A stretch of DNA of 64,000 nucleotides from an uncultured Methanomicrobiales archaeon (GTDB taxonomy: Archaea; Halobacteriota; Methanomicrobia; Methanomicrobiales; Methanospirillaceae): assembly GCA_963697895.1 (NCBI GenBank), contig OY969100.1:1600001-1664000 (forward strand), read 5' to 3'. Made by a program: the position numbers and the translations under genes. The notes beneath the pieces were generated by a model. That model made no database searches. It was not told the DNA's origin and saw only the letters and a list, made by a program, of their open reading frames with translations. This document shows, piece by piece, positions 10,060-20,751 of this stretch; position 1 is the first letter of the stretch, and every line of letters begins with the position of its first letter.

Positions 10060-11892
10060 CTAATCCGGGAAATATTCCTTTTTGCCCGGTATGTAGAGTG
10101 CAGCAGTATATTCCTCAATGAAATCGACATCAACCAACAGATCGATATACACCATCCTTTCTGCAATGGTCTCTGCCTCCTTCCTTTTCTTTGCTGATAG
10201 GAGTGCTGCTGCAGCACCGGTGAGCGAGCCATTCCCGATGGGATGATAGTCTGCATTGAAAAACCTGGGGATAATACCAAACCGGGTGATGCTGCCAAGG
10301 TCGGTGAATGCACCAAACGCACCGGCAAGAAACACATGCCGGACATCCTCCAGTCGTGTCCGGTATTTTTTCATGAGCACGCCGATTGCACCACAGGCGG
10401 CAGCCTTTGAATCCATAAGATACATCATATCCTGTGAAGTAAAGACAATATTCCGGCTGGTTGCTGACTCGTCTTCCGGCACCAGCACATATTCCAGCCC
10501 GGTCTCACCATGGATTACGCCGGGTTTTCCATCCACCAGTTTCCCGGTAAAGTCAAGAATACCCGCACCCTCCATCGCTGCGGCGGCATCGATTATCCCT
10601 GACCCGCATATCCCCCTTGGCCGCTCGTTGCCGATTGTTGTCCACGCAGCCACTCCGCTTTCCGGATCAATGGTGACATGCTCAATTGCTCCCCGCATCG
10701 CCCGCATCCCGCTTGTAATACCCGCTCCTTCAAACGCCGGGCCTGATGCGCAGGAGACCGATGCCAGCCATTCAGCATTTCCCATAATTATCTCGCCATT
10801 TGTCCCAAGATCGACCAGGAGCGAGAGCTCCTCTGATCGGTGCATACCACTGACAATGACATCACCCACGGCATCTCCGCCGACATACCGGCTCACGTTG
10901 GGGAGGCAGTAGACATATGCTTCAGGATGAATCTGCAGGTAAAGATCACGGGCTCTTTTTACCAGGGGTTTTTTATCCACTGCTGCATCGGCCAGCTCAA
11001 GGCCTCTGGGATCGCGGCCGGTAACAAGATACTGCATGACCGTATTTCCTGCAAGACATATCTCATGAATCTCCGTTCTTTCAATTCCGTTGGATGCTGC
11101 CAGCTGGCCGATAACTGTATTGATACTTTCAACCGCTGCCAGGCGCAGTTTTTCGAGTCCGTTGGGTTCACGGGCAAACGCCAGCCTTGTAACCAGTTCC
11201 TCCCCGTAGGTGATCTGGCGGTTCAGGGTCGATGCCTGCGCACAGAAGTTCATGCCAGCGAGATTGAACATCATGCCGACGACTGTTGTTGTTCCAAGGT
11301 CAATCGCAAGGCCGTAGTTCCTTCCTGTGGTATCACCCGGTTCAATCACAATTATTTCCGGGTATCCTGCGGAATCGGAGATGGTGACTGTAAAGGGGCC
11401 GCTGGCCGATACGAGGCGCCGATGTTGATCAGTGGTCATATGCGGACGTTTTCCAACGTAGCCTTCGAGGCGCAGGGACCGGTGACCATCAGACAGATCA
11501 AATGCAGTATGACCGTAGCTGATCCGGTATTTCATCACTGAAGGCGAGATCAACGTCTCATCACTGCAGATACCAAGCAGGATCTTTGGCGCATCGATCC
11601 TGCTTTCCACGGGGATAAAGAATTCACAGTCCCCTAAGAGGTAGGTCCGGCAGGCAAGACAGAAATGTTGCTGGATCTCGTCCGCGGAAAGGCCCCGGGT
11701 GCTTTCCGGGGAGCCTGCGGTGCAGTTGCCTCGAGTATGGATCACCCTGCATTTTTTGCACTCCCCCTTGCCGCCGCAGATGCTTTCAAATTGGATATCT
11801 GCTTTCCTGATGGCATCCAGTACCGAGGACTGTTGGGGAACGCTGACAACTTTGTTGAGGGGATGGAAAACCACCGTCACTGATTCGTCCAT
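10060..11892 (-). CDS. Corrinoid reductive activator (RACo/AcsV; 2Fe-2S + ASKHA ATPase)
   Basis: CGGKGECKKC...LAC ferredoxin domain, DLGTT, DLGTNGE, GPAFEG, GICGSG, LAGAFG; SD GGAGTGA before ATG 11892. Confidence 0.9.
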   Translation of the reverse strand: MDESVTVVFHPLNKVVSVPQQSSVLDAIRKADIQFESICGGKGECKKCRVIHTRGNCTAGSPESTRGLSADEIQQHFCLACRTYLLGDCEFFIPVESRIDAPKILLGICSDETLISPSVMKYRISYGHTAFDLSDGHRSLRLEGYVGKRPHMTTDQHRRLVSASGPFTVTISDSAGYPEIIVIEPGDTTGRNYGLAIDLGTTTVVGMMFNLAGMNFCAQASTLNRQITYGEELVTRLAFAREPNGLEKLRLAAVESINTVIGQLAASNGIERTEIHEICLAGNTVMQYLVTGRDPRGLELADAAVDKKPLVKRARDLYLQIHPEAYVYCLPNVSRYVGGDAVGDVIVSGMHRSEELSLLVDLGTNGEIIMGNAEWLASVSCASGPAFEGAGITSGMRAMRGAIEHVTIDPESGVAAWTTIGNERPRGICGSGIIDAAAAMEGAGILDFTGKLVDGKPGVIHGETGLEYVLVPEDESATSRNIVFTSQDMMYLMDSKAAACGAIGVLMKKYRTRLEDVRHVFLAGAFGAFTDLGSITRFGIIPRFFNADYHPIGNGSLTGAAAALLSAKKRKEAETIAERMVYIDLLVDVDFIEEYTAALYIPGKKEYFPD

Positions 11893-11988
11893 GCCTGTTG
11901 TCACTCCATTTCCGGGATCATCATTTCTGGCTGTCAATATCCGGAGGCCTCCGTTCATGTGACACATCAAGTTCTTTTTGAATGCTCT

Positions 11989-13434
11989 TCAGGATTGCAC
12001 AGGCCAGCGATCCCTGAGGTAGTGGGGAATTCCGGATGAATCCTTTGGTCCGACCAGCACTCTCCATCCGGTTACCTCTTCGGTATCGCCGCTGATCCGT
12101 GCTGCAAGGCCAGGAATGATCAGGGTCGTGTGGTTGACCAGAGACCCGACATTATATTCCTTTAATGCAGTAGCTATCGAATCAGGCGTAAAGTTTCGCC
12201 CTGCAACCGCACTCTCGACACTCAGCCCCCCGGTATCGATGACAACAAGGTAACAGTCTATGTTTGCAGCCTTGATATCAGATTCAACCGTGAAATAGGT
12301 CAGTGCATAATTGGTGGTCACAAGGACCGGGGAATCCCGATCAGGTTTTCCATACTCCCTTACACCAGCTTCCACAGAGACCGGTTTTCTTGGATCCGTA
12401 TAGATATTAAACCGCCATATGAGCTGGGGAAGAAGAACCCATCCGTCAAGGCTGTGCATGATCAGCAGATCAGCATACCGTGTAAGAAGCATTGAAGCGG
12501 TAACCGCCTCCCGCCATCCCAACACATCTTCTGAGATTTCTCCCCCGCTCCAGACGGTCATCGGAACTCCAAGCAACGGAAATCCGAAAAAATCATCGTA
12601 TGTGCGGCATGCGCCTGTCCGGATTGCGGTAAAGTTGTGGATGGTCTCGGAAAGCCCGTTTTCGGCCGAGGTACCGGGATCCAGCACCAGATCGATTACC
12701 CCGTACTCGAGAAGCGTCCTGACAAGTGATCGCAGCAATGGAAGATCATGGGGAGCAAAAACCACGAGAGGGCACTGGTAGGTTAACGCCAATTCTGCCA
12801 TCTGCTTCCAGTTGTCCTTTGTTGCAGCGTAGATCAACGGTTTTTTTTCGCCTGCAACCGTGAGACCTGCCTCCATAACTGCCGGATCCAGCGAAACGAG
12901 AATAAGGGGCAGTGATGTTACATCTAACGTTTTTTTCACCGTTGTTCTGAAGGTTTCCGGGTCCCCTGACACCGAACGGATGGCAATTGCATCAAGGCTG
13001 AGTTTTCTCCCGATATAATGGTAGGAAAACTGTTCGATCTGCCGCACTCTCGATTCCAGCTCTTCATCCTTCAGAAGGTCATGGACATCAATTGCAATCG
13101 GTGCCGGGTTATGGTAGGTGAACTCGTGGCGCTGGAGCACATATTTTCCACCGACGGTGAGACTGGTACTGCCTGCGCCGAAAGTGATAGTTCGTACGGG
13201 CGGCGCGAGGAGTTCCGTAAGATGGATACAGGCATCCTGATACTGATCGGTGTATAGCGGAAGACAGTCGGTAAGCACCCGTTCGCCGTTCACGATGCGG
13301 GTCGCAAATGCCATACAGTTGGATTCATTGCACTCCTTGCAGTTGGTCTTCGGCAGAAACTGGTAGACATCGATCGGGCTGATCTCCCGGATACTCTTTT
13401 TCTGTTTTATCTCCCTGGATGCTTCGCTGCTCAT
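11989..13434 (-). CDS. cdhE: ACDS gamma subunit (corrinoid Fe-S protein large subunit)
   Basis: LPKTNCKEC...CMAFA, IYTDPRKP, TTNYALTYFTV, VLVGPKDSS; ATGA overlap with cdhD stop. Confidence 0.95.
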   Translation of the reverse strand: MSSEASREIKQKKSIREISPIDVYQFLPKTNCKECNESNCMAFATRIVNGERVLTDCLPLYTDQYQDACIHLTELLAPPVRTITFGAGSTSLTVGGKYVLQRHEFTYHNPAPIAIDVHDLLKDEELESRVRQIEQFSYHYIGRKLSLDAIAIRSVSGDPETFRTTVKKTLDVTSLPLILVSLDPAVMEAGLTVAGEKKPLIYAATKDNWKQMAELALTYQCPLVVFAPHDLPLLRSLVRTLLEYGVIDLVLDPGTSAENGLSETIHNFTAIRTGACRTYDDFFGFPLLGVPMTVWSGGEISEDVLGWREAVTASMLLTRYADLLIMHSLDGWVLLPQLIWRFNIYTDPRKPVSVEAGVREYGKPDRDSPVLVTTNYALTYFTVESDIKAANIDCYLVVIDTGGLSVESAVAGRNFTPDSIATALKEYNVGSLVNHTTLIIPGLAARISGDTEEVTGWRVLVGPKDSSGIPHYLRDRWPVQS

Positions 13435-14666
13435 ACCCTCACACTCGCCCAGTCCTGGATCCTGTCTGCCGGTTCCTGTCCCGGTGTGGCTAGCTGGTGA
13501 AGGACATCCCGTAACGTGTTCACTGCCGCAGGGTGCATCATCAGGTAGAGATCGATCCCGGCCAGCATCAGGGTCAGCGCGTTGATTGTTTCCCAGATTG
13601 GTCCGCGGAACTGGCGGGATCCATATTCCGGGGGGAGCTGCATCCACGCCTCACGGGCTGCCCACGCATTGGTCGGCGCCGAGATAACCGGATGGGCCAG
13701 TTCGTCGTCACCCATCAGCGCCGCATACCGTGCCCGTTCATAGATGGAGAAAGAATATTCAAGTCCATACCCCAGCGCAACCGTTGTTAAATCCATGACT
13801 ATCTGCTCCGGGGGCAGATACGCGTACAGCCTGCGATTGAGCTCCTTGGCATTGTTGAGCTCTAACCCGGTAAAGGCGAGCACCACATGACCGTGATCAC
13901 GGGCCGTGGTCGCTACCTTCTCCAGTGTTTTCTGTTCTACCATGTCAAGGGTGACGGAATTGATCAACAGCCGCTCCCCGTCTGCCATTTCAGCAATATG
14001 GGCAAAGACTTCGGCATCTTTTTTGGGGTCACCGCACCCGCCGATGACGAGCGGGACGTCAACCGCCTCCAGAACATCCTCAACGGTCTTTGCAGCCTGT
14101 GACGGGGAGGTGTCCCTGATCAGAGGATCAGTGCTCATCAGGTGGACGGTAACCATATCGGCTCCGAGGGTGTTCACATTCAGGCGTGCCCATTCTGCAG
14201 GATCATGCATGACTTCCCGTACATGTTCCTTCAGCACCCTGGGGAGGGAGATCTCCATATCAAAAACGTCTAAAGAGATAACAGGATCATGAATTGGCGG
14301 GTGTGAAATGGCAGAGTATGCCGGCATGGTGGCACCTCCGATCGTGAATGTCTTTCCCCGGCTTCCACCCTCACTCTTTGTTGCACCCAGCGTGACTTCC
14401 CGGACTTTTCCCTGATATTCTGCAGCCAGCGGGGTGAACGGTGCAGGAATGAGTTCCGCTGGTCTGGCTTTTTGCACCGCCTGGGTAGCCGGTTGTCCGG
14501 GCTGGGTAAATGTCCCCCGGGGTATGAACAGTTCGAGATCCCCGATCTCCATGGAAAAGTTTTCCAGTTCAACCTGTTGGACACCTTTTAATAATTCCAG
14601 GATCCCAGGGGCGAGTGTGAGTATCTGTTCAATCGTTCCCTTCTCCTTATGATTTTTTTTGGGCAC
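13431..14666 (-). CDS. cdhD: ACDS delta subunit (corrinoid Fe-S protein small subunit)
   Basis: LGATKSEGGSR, DVFDM, ALGYGLEYS, NAWAAREAW, MMHP; GGAGGTGA SD before GTG. Confidence 0.95.
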   Translation of the reverse strand: MPKKNHKEKGTIEQILTLAPGILELLKGVQQVELENFSMEIGDLELFIPRGTFTQPGQPATQAVQKARPAELIPAPFTPLAAEYQGKVREVTLGATKSEGGSRGKTFTIGGATMPAYSAISHPPIHDPVISLDVFDMEISLPRVLKEHVREVMHDPAEWARLNVNTLGADMVTVHLMSTDPLIRDTSPSQAAKTVEDVLEAVDVPLVIGGCGDPKKDAEVFAHIAEMADGERLLINSVTLDMVEQKTLEKVATTARDHGHVVLAFTGLELNNAKELNRRLYAYLPPEQIVMDLTTVALGYGLEYSFSIYERARYAALMGDDELAHPVISAPTNAWAAREAWMQLPPEYGSRQFRGPIWETINALTLMLAGIDLYLMMHPAAVNTLRDVLHQLATPGQEPADRIQDWASVRV

Positions 14667-16050
14667 TCTGCTCACCTCCCTTGTTCGGCCCCGGTTTTAC
14701 GGGTTGTATGATCACTCTTTCTGCAGTGATCCTGGCATTCTTGAATATGATCCAGAAACCACCCGCGTCGAAGGGAACATCCCCGGCATAGAATCCCGCA
14801 GCCCCGGCAGGAGAGATTTCAGGTACAGTCTCCTCAGTTACCCACCGCTGAATGACGGGATGGTTATGGGTTGTCAGAAATTCTTTCAGTTCTGGAACAG
14901 AACTCACGTCGTTTTCTGTGGCGATTTTGTCGTACAAGGAATCCGGAATAAATGGCTTGAGCCTCTCCTTCGTTTCCTGCGGTATCCATGCCACCCGGTT
15001 ATACCCCCCATCCGCACAAAGGAACTTGTTCGAACGCATGTATTCCACGGAAATCCCGTGGAACCCGTCTATCTGCCGGCCACCCGCAGTTGAATCGGCC
15101 ATGGTTGAAAATGCCAGCCCATTGACCGTAACATCCTTGAAGCTGCGCAGCACGATGCCGAAACCGTCCACTTCCGGAATAAAGAACGCAATACCTTCAA
15201 AACAGCCGCAGGATGTGTGGGGGTAGCCAAATGCCGTGTACAGGTGGACACGGCTCACCTCCCCCATGGACCGCTTTTTGGCACTCTCGTTTACGCCGGT
15301 ATATTCCCCCTTCTCTGGATCGAGACAAACGCCCTTTATAATGGGAAATATCGGGCCGCTCGGGTCAATCCCTGCTGCAGCCCTGCCATCAAACCAGCTG
15401 ATCGCACCACAGTTTGCATACCGCTGGGGAGTAATAACACAGACATGCGCCGGGGCAAAAGACTGGCAAAGAGCACATCCATAAAATGTGTCCACCTCCT
15501 CATCGGTCATACCTCGTGCCCGTTCATCTCGTGCATCATAGACCGAAAGAGTTTCAGTATACAGCTCATGAATTTTTTCTACATCGGTGATGAATGTTAT
15601 CTGGACCTTCTCGATAAACGGCAGTTCGTTTTTGTAGAGTTCGATGAGTACATTTCCGATATACTTAAGAGAATCAAGCCCTTTCTTGAAGGCCTTTTTG
15701 GAGATCCGGATCCAGATATCATACCGTTGGTTGAGGTGCATAAACCCTTCGATATAATTACTGTACTCATGGATCCTCCTCTCTATCACCCCTTCAAGAT
15801 CCTTTTCAAGACGGGGACCGGCGATTTCAACAAGGATTCCCAGGGGATAACTTTTCCCCTCTTCCATCCCGGCAATATCCGGGCCGATGATGAGCACAGC
15901 ACCATCTGAGACTTCCCCGGCACCCCTCACGCGGACAATCTCGAACTTCTCCGGGATATCCGGGCCGCCCAGCTCGACCTGCATATCGTTTTTCCGGACC
16001 CGTTCGCCCTCGTGGACAAGCCCGACTTCGACCGGAATATTCTCAAACAT
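14647..16050 (-). CDS. cdhC: ACDS beta subunit (acetyl-CoA synthase)
   Basis: EGFMHLNQRYDIW, FYGCALCQSFAP.HVC, PHTSCGCFE A-cluster ligands. Confidence 0.96.
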   Translation of the reverse strand: MFENIPVEVGLVHEGERVRKNDMQVELGGPDIPEKFEIVRVRGAGEVSDGAVLIIGPDIAGMEEGKSYPLGILVEIAGPRLEKDLEGVIERRIHEYSNYIEGFMHLNQRYDIWIRISKKAFKKGLDSLKYIGNVLIELYKNELPFIEKVQITFITDVEKIHELYTETLSVYDARDERARGMTDEEVDTFYGCALCQSFAPAHVCVITPQRYANCGAISWFDGRAAAGIDPSGPIFPIIKGVCLDPEKGEYTGVNESAKKRSMGEVSRVHLYTAFGYPHTSCGCFEGIAFFIPEVDGFGIVLRSFKDVTVNGLAFSTMADSTAGGRQIDGFHGISVEYMRSNKFLCADGGYNRVAWIPQETKERLKPFIPDSLYDKIATENDVSSVPELKEFLTTHNHPVIQRWVTEETVPEISPAGAAGFYAGDVPFDAGGFWIIFKNARITAERVIIQPVKPGPNKGGEQSAQKKS

Positions 16051-16078
16051 GGTCCGCCACCATCATATCAGTCTCATA

Positions 16079-16618
16079 TCAGTCCTCGAAATGCTCAATA
16101 ATGCCCTTGAAATTCGCAGCCCAATCCTTGATGGTGCTATTGGGAAACGACCAGCTCGCATTTGGCTGGTACACGCAGTCAAGAGTCATGGTCTTGACCT
16201 GCGGTGCGAAATGTTTGAGTCCGGAAAGAATCGTCCATTCCATGGAATACGGCAGCCCGACAAAGATGGCGAGATCGTAATTGTCTTTCCCGTCAAAACC
16301 TTTCCAAGTTGGGTCCGTGAGACGGTTGCCGATATCCATTGCCGGCATCAGGGCTGCAGGCTTAAAACCTCTTTGCAAGAACTCCCGGTTGGTGCTTGCC
16401 GTGACAACGACCGGGATGTCTGCCTTTATTGCAAGTTCCATCAGGCATTCAATCAGTTTTTTTCCCTCGATCTCATATTCGAGAGCACCGTGGCCGACAA
16501 TCATGATCGGGCGTTTTGCCCGTCGGATGATGGCATCGGCAATTTCCGGTTTGATGATGAGGGATGCCTTTTTCGGTCCTGGTATCTCGGCGGTCTGCCA
16601 GGATTCGGAAAGCGGCAT
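16079..16618 (-). CDS. cdhB: ACDS epsilon subunit
   Basis: WQTAEIPGPKKA, AKRP..IVG, W.GFDG..YDL, LSGLKHFAP, YQPNASWSFPN. Confidence 0.93.
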   Translation of the reverse strand: MPLSESWQTAEIPGPKKASLIIKPEIADAIIRRAKRPIMIVGHGALEYEIEGKKLIECLMELAIKADIPVVVTASTNREFLQRGFKPAALMPAMDIGNRLTDPTWKGFDGKDNYDLAIFVGLPYSMEWTILSGLKHFAPQVKTMTLDCVYQPNASWSFPNSTIKDWAANFKGIIEHFED

Positions 16619-16620
16619 AC

Positions 16621-18972
16621 TCAGACCTCCTTTCTTTTTCGGATCATCCGCTCAAGAAGGGTCGGGTCAGGAATTTCCTTCTCTGACCAGTTCATCTCCC
16701 GGAGATATTTTTCAATATCGTCTTTCATGGTCAGCGGGATATCGGATACTTTCCGGACAAAGAGGTGAATATCCGGGGGAATGCCTCCAATGAGCCGGTT
16801 ATGCAGGTCAAAATAGTTACTCAGCTTGATGGCACGCCCCTTGCCCGTATCATTCGGGCGCATGACGAGTTTGGCAATCATAACCATTGCCTCCTCTTTC
16901 GTTTCGGCAGCAAAGAAGAGGTGTTCCGGCACCGGCCCCCCATATGCTTTTTCACCGGTCCGGGCATCATAAACATTCCAATCATCTGTTCTGTCAGAAC
17001 GGCCAAGCAACATGCGGCGGTATTTTGAGCCATGCGGTCCGACAACGACCGGTATGCCAAGTCTCCAGAAACCGGCGGCAATGGATGCAGCTTTCTGGGA
17101 CATGGCCCCCCAGGCAACTCCGACCGCCCCCACACGGTTGTACACATAATCGGCGATCTCCTCGTAATTTCCCCGGAGGGGGCGTTTTGCAAAGATACTT
17201 GCGATCTTGATTGCCGCCCCTGATATGTGGGCATTGGAAACACAGGAACCCACGTTCACGATACCTCCGGCGTCAAACGATCCGGGATAGAGTTCATAGG
17301 CGGTTTTTCCCTCTTCATTCCGGTACATACCTGCAGACATGGCTGCACAGCCGGAAGTGCAGACAATATACCTTCGTTTCGCATACTCCATGCACATCTC
17401 GGCGACCTCCCGTGAACCTTTCGGATAATTTGAACAACCGACAAACGCAACGACACCGGGGATTTCTCCAAGAACGATAGGTCCGCCAACCTTACGTATT
17501 TCCACGTCCTGGATTGCGCCCCTGCCAGTCCGAAGACAATACGTTTCCTCCCGGGTCATCCTGTCCATCGCGGCAACGATGAAACTGTGGAGAGGAAGTT
17601 TCTGCGGGCATGCCGATTCGCATCTCCCGCATCCAACACAGTCATCATACAATTCATCAAGGCCGCGAAGGTTCCCCTGTCCTGCGGCTTTGACCGCATA
17701 CAGGATAGGGAGATCATTAGGGCATGCTCTCCTGCAAAGTGCACACTGGGTGCATTTCTTTGCCAATTTGACAATCTCTTCTGGTGAAGGGAGGTTCTTG
17801 TATTTTTTACGTGTGGGTGCAACCGCCATTGCCGTCCTGACGGCGACTTCCCCTGCCTTGACCGGGTCAAGGATCAGTGCACCGTTAATACGGCCTTTCA
17901 CAATATCATCGACAATCTCATCGGCAGGGTCGTAGGTCCTGTCAGGAAGCCCGCAGCAGTTTTTTTCACTTGTGGCGAGCACGGGAGTGTGGATCTTCTC
18001 CGCTTCATAGAGGGTATCGGCCCGGATGCACTGCTCGTCTATGACAATGAGATCGGGAACACCGCTTCGGATATAACGGAGCTGCCATGAGATCGGCCCG
18101 ATGATCTTTGCCCGGGCCGAATATCGTGTCATGTCAAGAGCGGTGCAGCAGATCCCGGTTACTTCCACCTTTGGCTCGAGATCATTGATCCTCAGATAAT
18201 CGATGATTTCTGTTGCCGGCGGAACATTATGGCCGATAACCAAGATGACCGGTTTTTTGATATCTACACAGCCAAGACCAAGATCGACAAGAGGTGATTC
18301 CGGTTCTGCCTTGGGAAAACCAAGAGCGGAGATCTGGGCAAGGTCTGCAACCTCCATACTGACATGGTCGATCATTCCTGCATGGAACACCTTTGACTCG
18401 AAATCGAGGTTGTTCCCTTCCTGGCCGGTGTGGGTTACGGCGAGAAGCTGGGTCACCTGCTTCTCGCAATATTCAAGCACCTCCTCAAGGTCGCCAAGCG
18501 TTTCCGGTTTTATACCGCATACAAGGCGTACATTGGGGGCTTCCACCCCGACTGTATGCCCTCCGACATCCAGAGCCTGTTCCGGGCCGAACCGTTCAAT
18601 CATATGGGTGACCAGTTCACGTGCATGCCCGGTGTGAGTTGAGGCCCCGATACTGGCAGCAAGTAACACCGTCCGGGACTGCTGGGCGGCCATGTTGATC
18701 CCGCAGGCTCCGCGCTTGTTTCCGGTCAGGTCGCATTTTCCGTAGGTGCAGAGGCAGCAGAGATCGCAGAACGGGAGGTAAAACGGTTTATATCTGTTGA
18801 GCAGCATGAAGTCCCATGAACGCAGCGTGGTCAGCGAGGGATACGGGGTGGGTCCCATCGGCTCATCCCATCTCTCCTCGGTAATCCCTCCTATGCTGAT
18901 ACTGATATCATGGATCCTGGCTAGATCTGAATTTAGTTCCTTGATTTTTACGTTTACTCCTTTCTTGGCCAC
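16621..18972 (-). CDS. cdhA: ACDS alpha subunit (archaeal Ni-CO dehydrogenase)
   Basis: CDLCCLCTYGKC, HTGH, GICCTA, two extra CxxCxxCxxxC clusters, VGSCVSNAH, WGAMSQKA. Confidence 0.96.
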   Translation of the reverse strand: MAKKGVNVKIKELNSDLARIHDISISIGGITEERWDEPMGPTPYPSLTTLRSWDFMLLNRYKPFYLPFCDLCCLCTYGKCDLTGNKRGACGINMAAQQSRTVLLAASIGASTHTGHARELVTHMIERFGPEQALDVGGHTVGVEAPNVRLVCGIKPETLGDLEEVLEYCEKQVTQLLAVTHTGQEGNNLDFESKVFHAGMIDHVSMEVADLAQISALGFPKAEPESPLVDLGLGCVDIKKPVILVIGHNVPPATEIIDYLRINDLEPKVEVTGICCTALDMTRYSARAKIIGPISWQLRYIRSGVPDLIVIDEQCIRADTLYEAEKIHTPVLATSEKNCCGLPDRTYDPADEIVDDIVKGRINGALILDPVKAGEVAVRTAMAVAPTRKKYKNLPSPEEIVKLAKKCTQCALCRRACPNDLPILYAVKAAGQGNLRGLDELYDDCVGCGRCESACPQKLPLHSFIVAAMDRMTREETYCLRTGRGAIQDVEIRKVGGPIVLGEIPGVVAFVGCSNYPKGSREVAEMCMEYAKRRYIVCTSGCAAMSAGMYRNEEGKTAYELYPGSFDAGGIVNVGSCVSNAHISGAAIKIASIFAKRPLRGNYEEIADYVYNRVGAVGVAWGAMSQKAASIAAGFWRLGIPVVVGPHGSKYRRMLLGRSDRTDDWNVYDARTGEKAYGGPVPEHLFFAAETKEEAMVMIAKLVMRPNDTGKGRAIKLSNYFDLHNRLIGGIPPDIHLFVRKVSDIPLTMKDDIEKYLREMNWSEKEIPDPTLLERMIRKRKEV

Positions 18973-19077
18973 GTGATGCACCGCCTATTATGGCTCAAGT
19001 AAGACATTACCTATAGATACAAAAAAAATATCTTATTGTGCTAATCCGGTTTTTTTGAGAAATTTAAAATAAATTGC

Positions 19078-19842
19078 TTACGCGTGGATAATCCGCTCGA
19101 CGATTTCACCGACCGAAATGAATGCAGGCGAGATGTCCGGGATTTGGAGAAGTGAATATCCTGAGAGGACATACTCTGCGACAACCGGATCTTCTGTTAT
19201 TTTACCGAGATATGCAAGGCCGGTCTCGATCTTTGCACGTGCCTCAAGATGTTTCGGAAACGCAAATCCACCAATGACGACAAAATGGCCATACCGGATA
19301 CCCACTTCCCGGATGATATGGTGTGCGCGTTTCACATGGTAAAATGATTTGCTCGACGGACCCATGACATCGACAATGATGTCAACGGTTCCGGCAATCT
19401 TCCTGTTGAGGTGTTCAAGTCCGGCAGGGGAATCGATAAGCACGTACTGGTACTGGCGGGTAATGGAACTGAGTGCGTTTTTGAGAGCGGCATCCGGCAA
19501 ACAGTAGCACCCTTCAATCCATTTTGTTCCGACAGCCATAAAATCAAAGGAATCACTCTCAAAAAGGCCCTGTTCCCAAATCCTGTTCTCGATCCGCTGT
19601 GATGGTGGAACACCAATCGTGGTCCCGCCTTTTTGGATGAATGTCTCGGACAGGAGTTCAGCAATGGTCTTTTTGCCGGCAGTATCAAGATCGACCCCAA
19701 CCATCTCGGCAAGGTTCTGGTCCGGGTCGACGTCTACAAGGAGGATGGGGGTATGGTTTTTTTCGATCAGATATTTGGCCATCAGCGCAACAAACGTTGT
19801 TTTACCGGTTCCGCCGCGGCCCATGGTCACAATAGTTCTCAA
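19078..19842 (-). CDS. CooC/AcsF-type nickel-insertion ATPase (second paralog)
   Basis: GRGGTGKT, DVDPDQNL, EGCYC, DSPAGLEHLNR. Confidence 0.87.
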   Translation of the reverse strand: MRTIVTMGRGGTGKTTFVALMAKYLIEKNHTPILLVDVDPDQNLAEMVGVDLDTAGKKTIAELLSETFIQKGGTTIGVPPSQRIENRIWEQGLFESDSFDFMAVGTKWIEGCYCLPDAALKNALSSITRQYQYVLIDSPAGLEHLNRKIAGTVDIIVDVMGPSSKSFYHVKRAHHIIREVGIRYGHFVVIGGFAFPKHLEARAKIETGLAYLGKITEDPVVAEYVLSGYSLLQIPDISPAFISVGEIVERIIHA

Positions 19843-19860
19843 CCTATTTCCCCCGTATTT

Positions 19861-20646
19861 TCATGTGGGTTTGAATGGTGGACCGGTTAATCGTTGTGCA
19901 AGTTGACTGAGCGCTTCCAGTGCCACGGAAGTTTTCTCATCCACCTGTTCACCGGTAACCCCGGCGATCATAACCTGCTGGTCAAAGGGAATCATCCCAT
20001 ACACCGGTATATTGTGTTTTCTAGCGAATGCAGAAAATATCTCTTCCTGCTCAGGGCCGGTTATCTTGTTTGCGATGAGGCCGACCTGCCGGATCGGTGA
20101 ACCGGCCGCCATCCTATAGATGGCCCGTGACGTCTCGAGCGATTTTTTATTGGCATCTGTAATTACCAACATTATATCGACACGTTCTGCCGTCCCCCTC
20201 CCGAGGTGCTCTATACCCGCTTCCATGTCAAGGATCACCACATCATCCCTCTCAACCATGAGATGCCTGAGCAGGGCCTTGACTACCGTGTTAGCCGGGC
20301 AGGTACATCCTGAACCAAGGGACCGGACCGTTCCCATGACGAGGAGGTACGCACCGGAGGGTGTCGGTACCGCATACCGGCTGATGATATCGTCCACGGT
20401 AAATGTGAGCCGAAAAACGCCAGGATGGTCCGTGGTGGTCTTCAACCGGATGAGTTCCTCGTTTTCCGCCACAGGAAGGATGTGTTTCGCTTCCTCATCG
20501 GAAAGTCCCAGGCTCATCGCAAGGTTTGGCGACGGGTCGGCATCGATGGCGATCACCGGTCGTCCTTTCCGGGCAAAGATGGTTGCAAGAGTACCGGCAA
20601 TGAATGTTTTTCCCACGCCGCCCTTGCCGGTCACCGCAATTTTCAT
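19861..20646 (-). CDS. cooC: CooC nickel-insertion ATPase
   Basis: GKGGVGKT, DADP, GCTCP, DMEAGIEHLGRG. Confidence 0.9.
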   Translation of the reverse strand: MKIAVTGKGGVGKTFIAGTLATIFARKGRPVIAIDADPSPNLAMSLGLSDEEAKHILPVAENEELIRLKTTTDHPGVFRLTFTVDDIISRYAVPTPSGAYLLVMGTVRSLGSGCTCPANTVVKALLRHLMVERDDVVILDMEAGIEHLGRGTAERVDIMLVITDANKKSLETSRAIYRMAAGSPIRQVGLIANKITGPEQEEIFSAFARKHNIPVYGMIPFDQQVMIAGVTGEQVDEKTSVALEALSQLAQRLTGPPFKPT

Positions 20647-20751
20647 AGAACAGTCCTCCTCTTATGGACATGTAAGACCTGCGGTTTAATGGTTTTGCTG
20701 CATACGGGAGAGGAGGCTTGATCAGCAAAAATGAGACAGTGTTTCAATAAG

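Noticed and set aside
9599-18996. 12-bp inverted match TGAGCCATAATA flanking cdhA-RACo
   Set aside because: Matches of this length are expected by chance in 64 kb; no transposase or target duplication.
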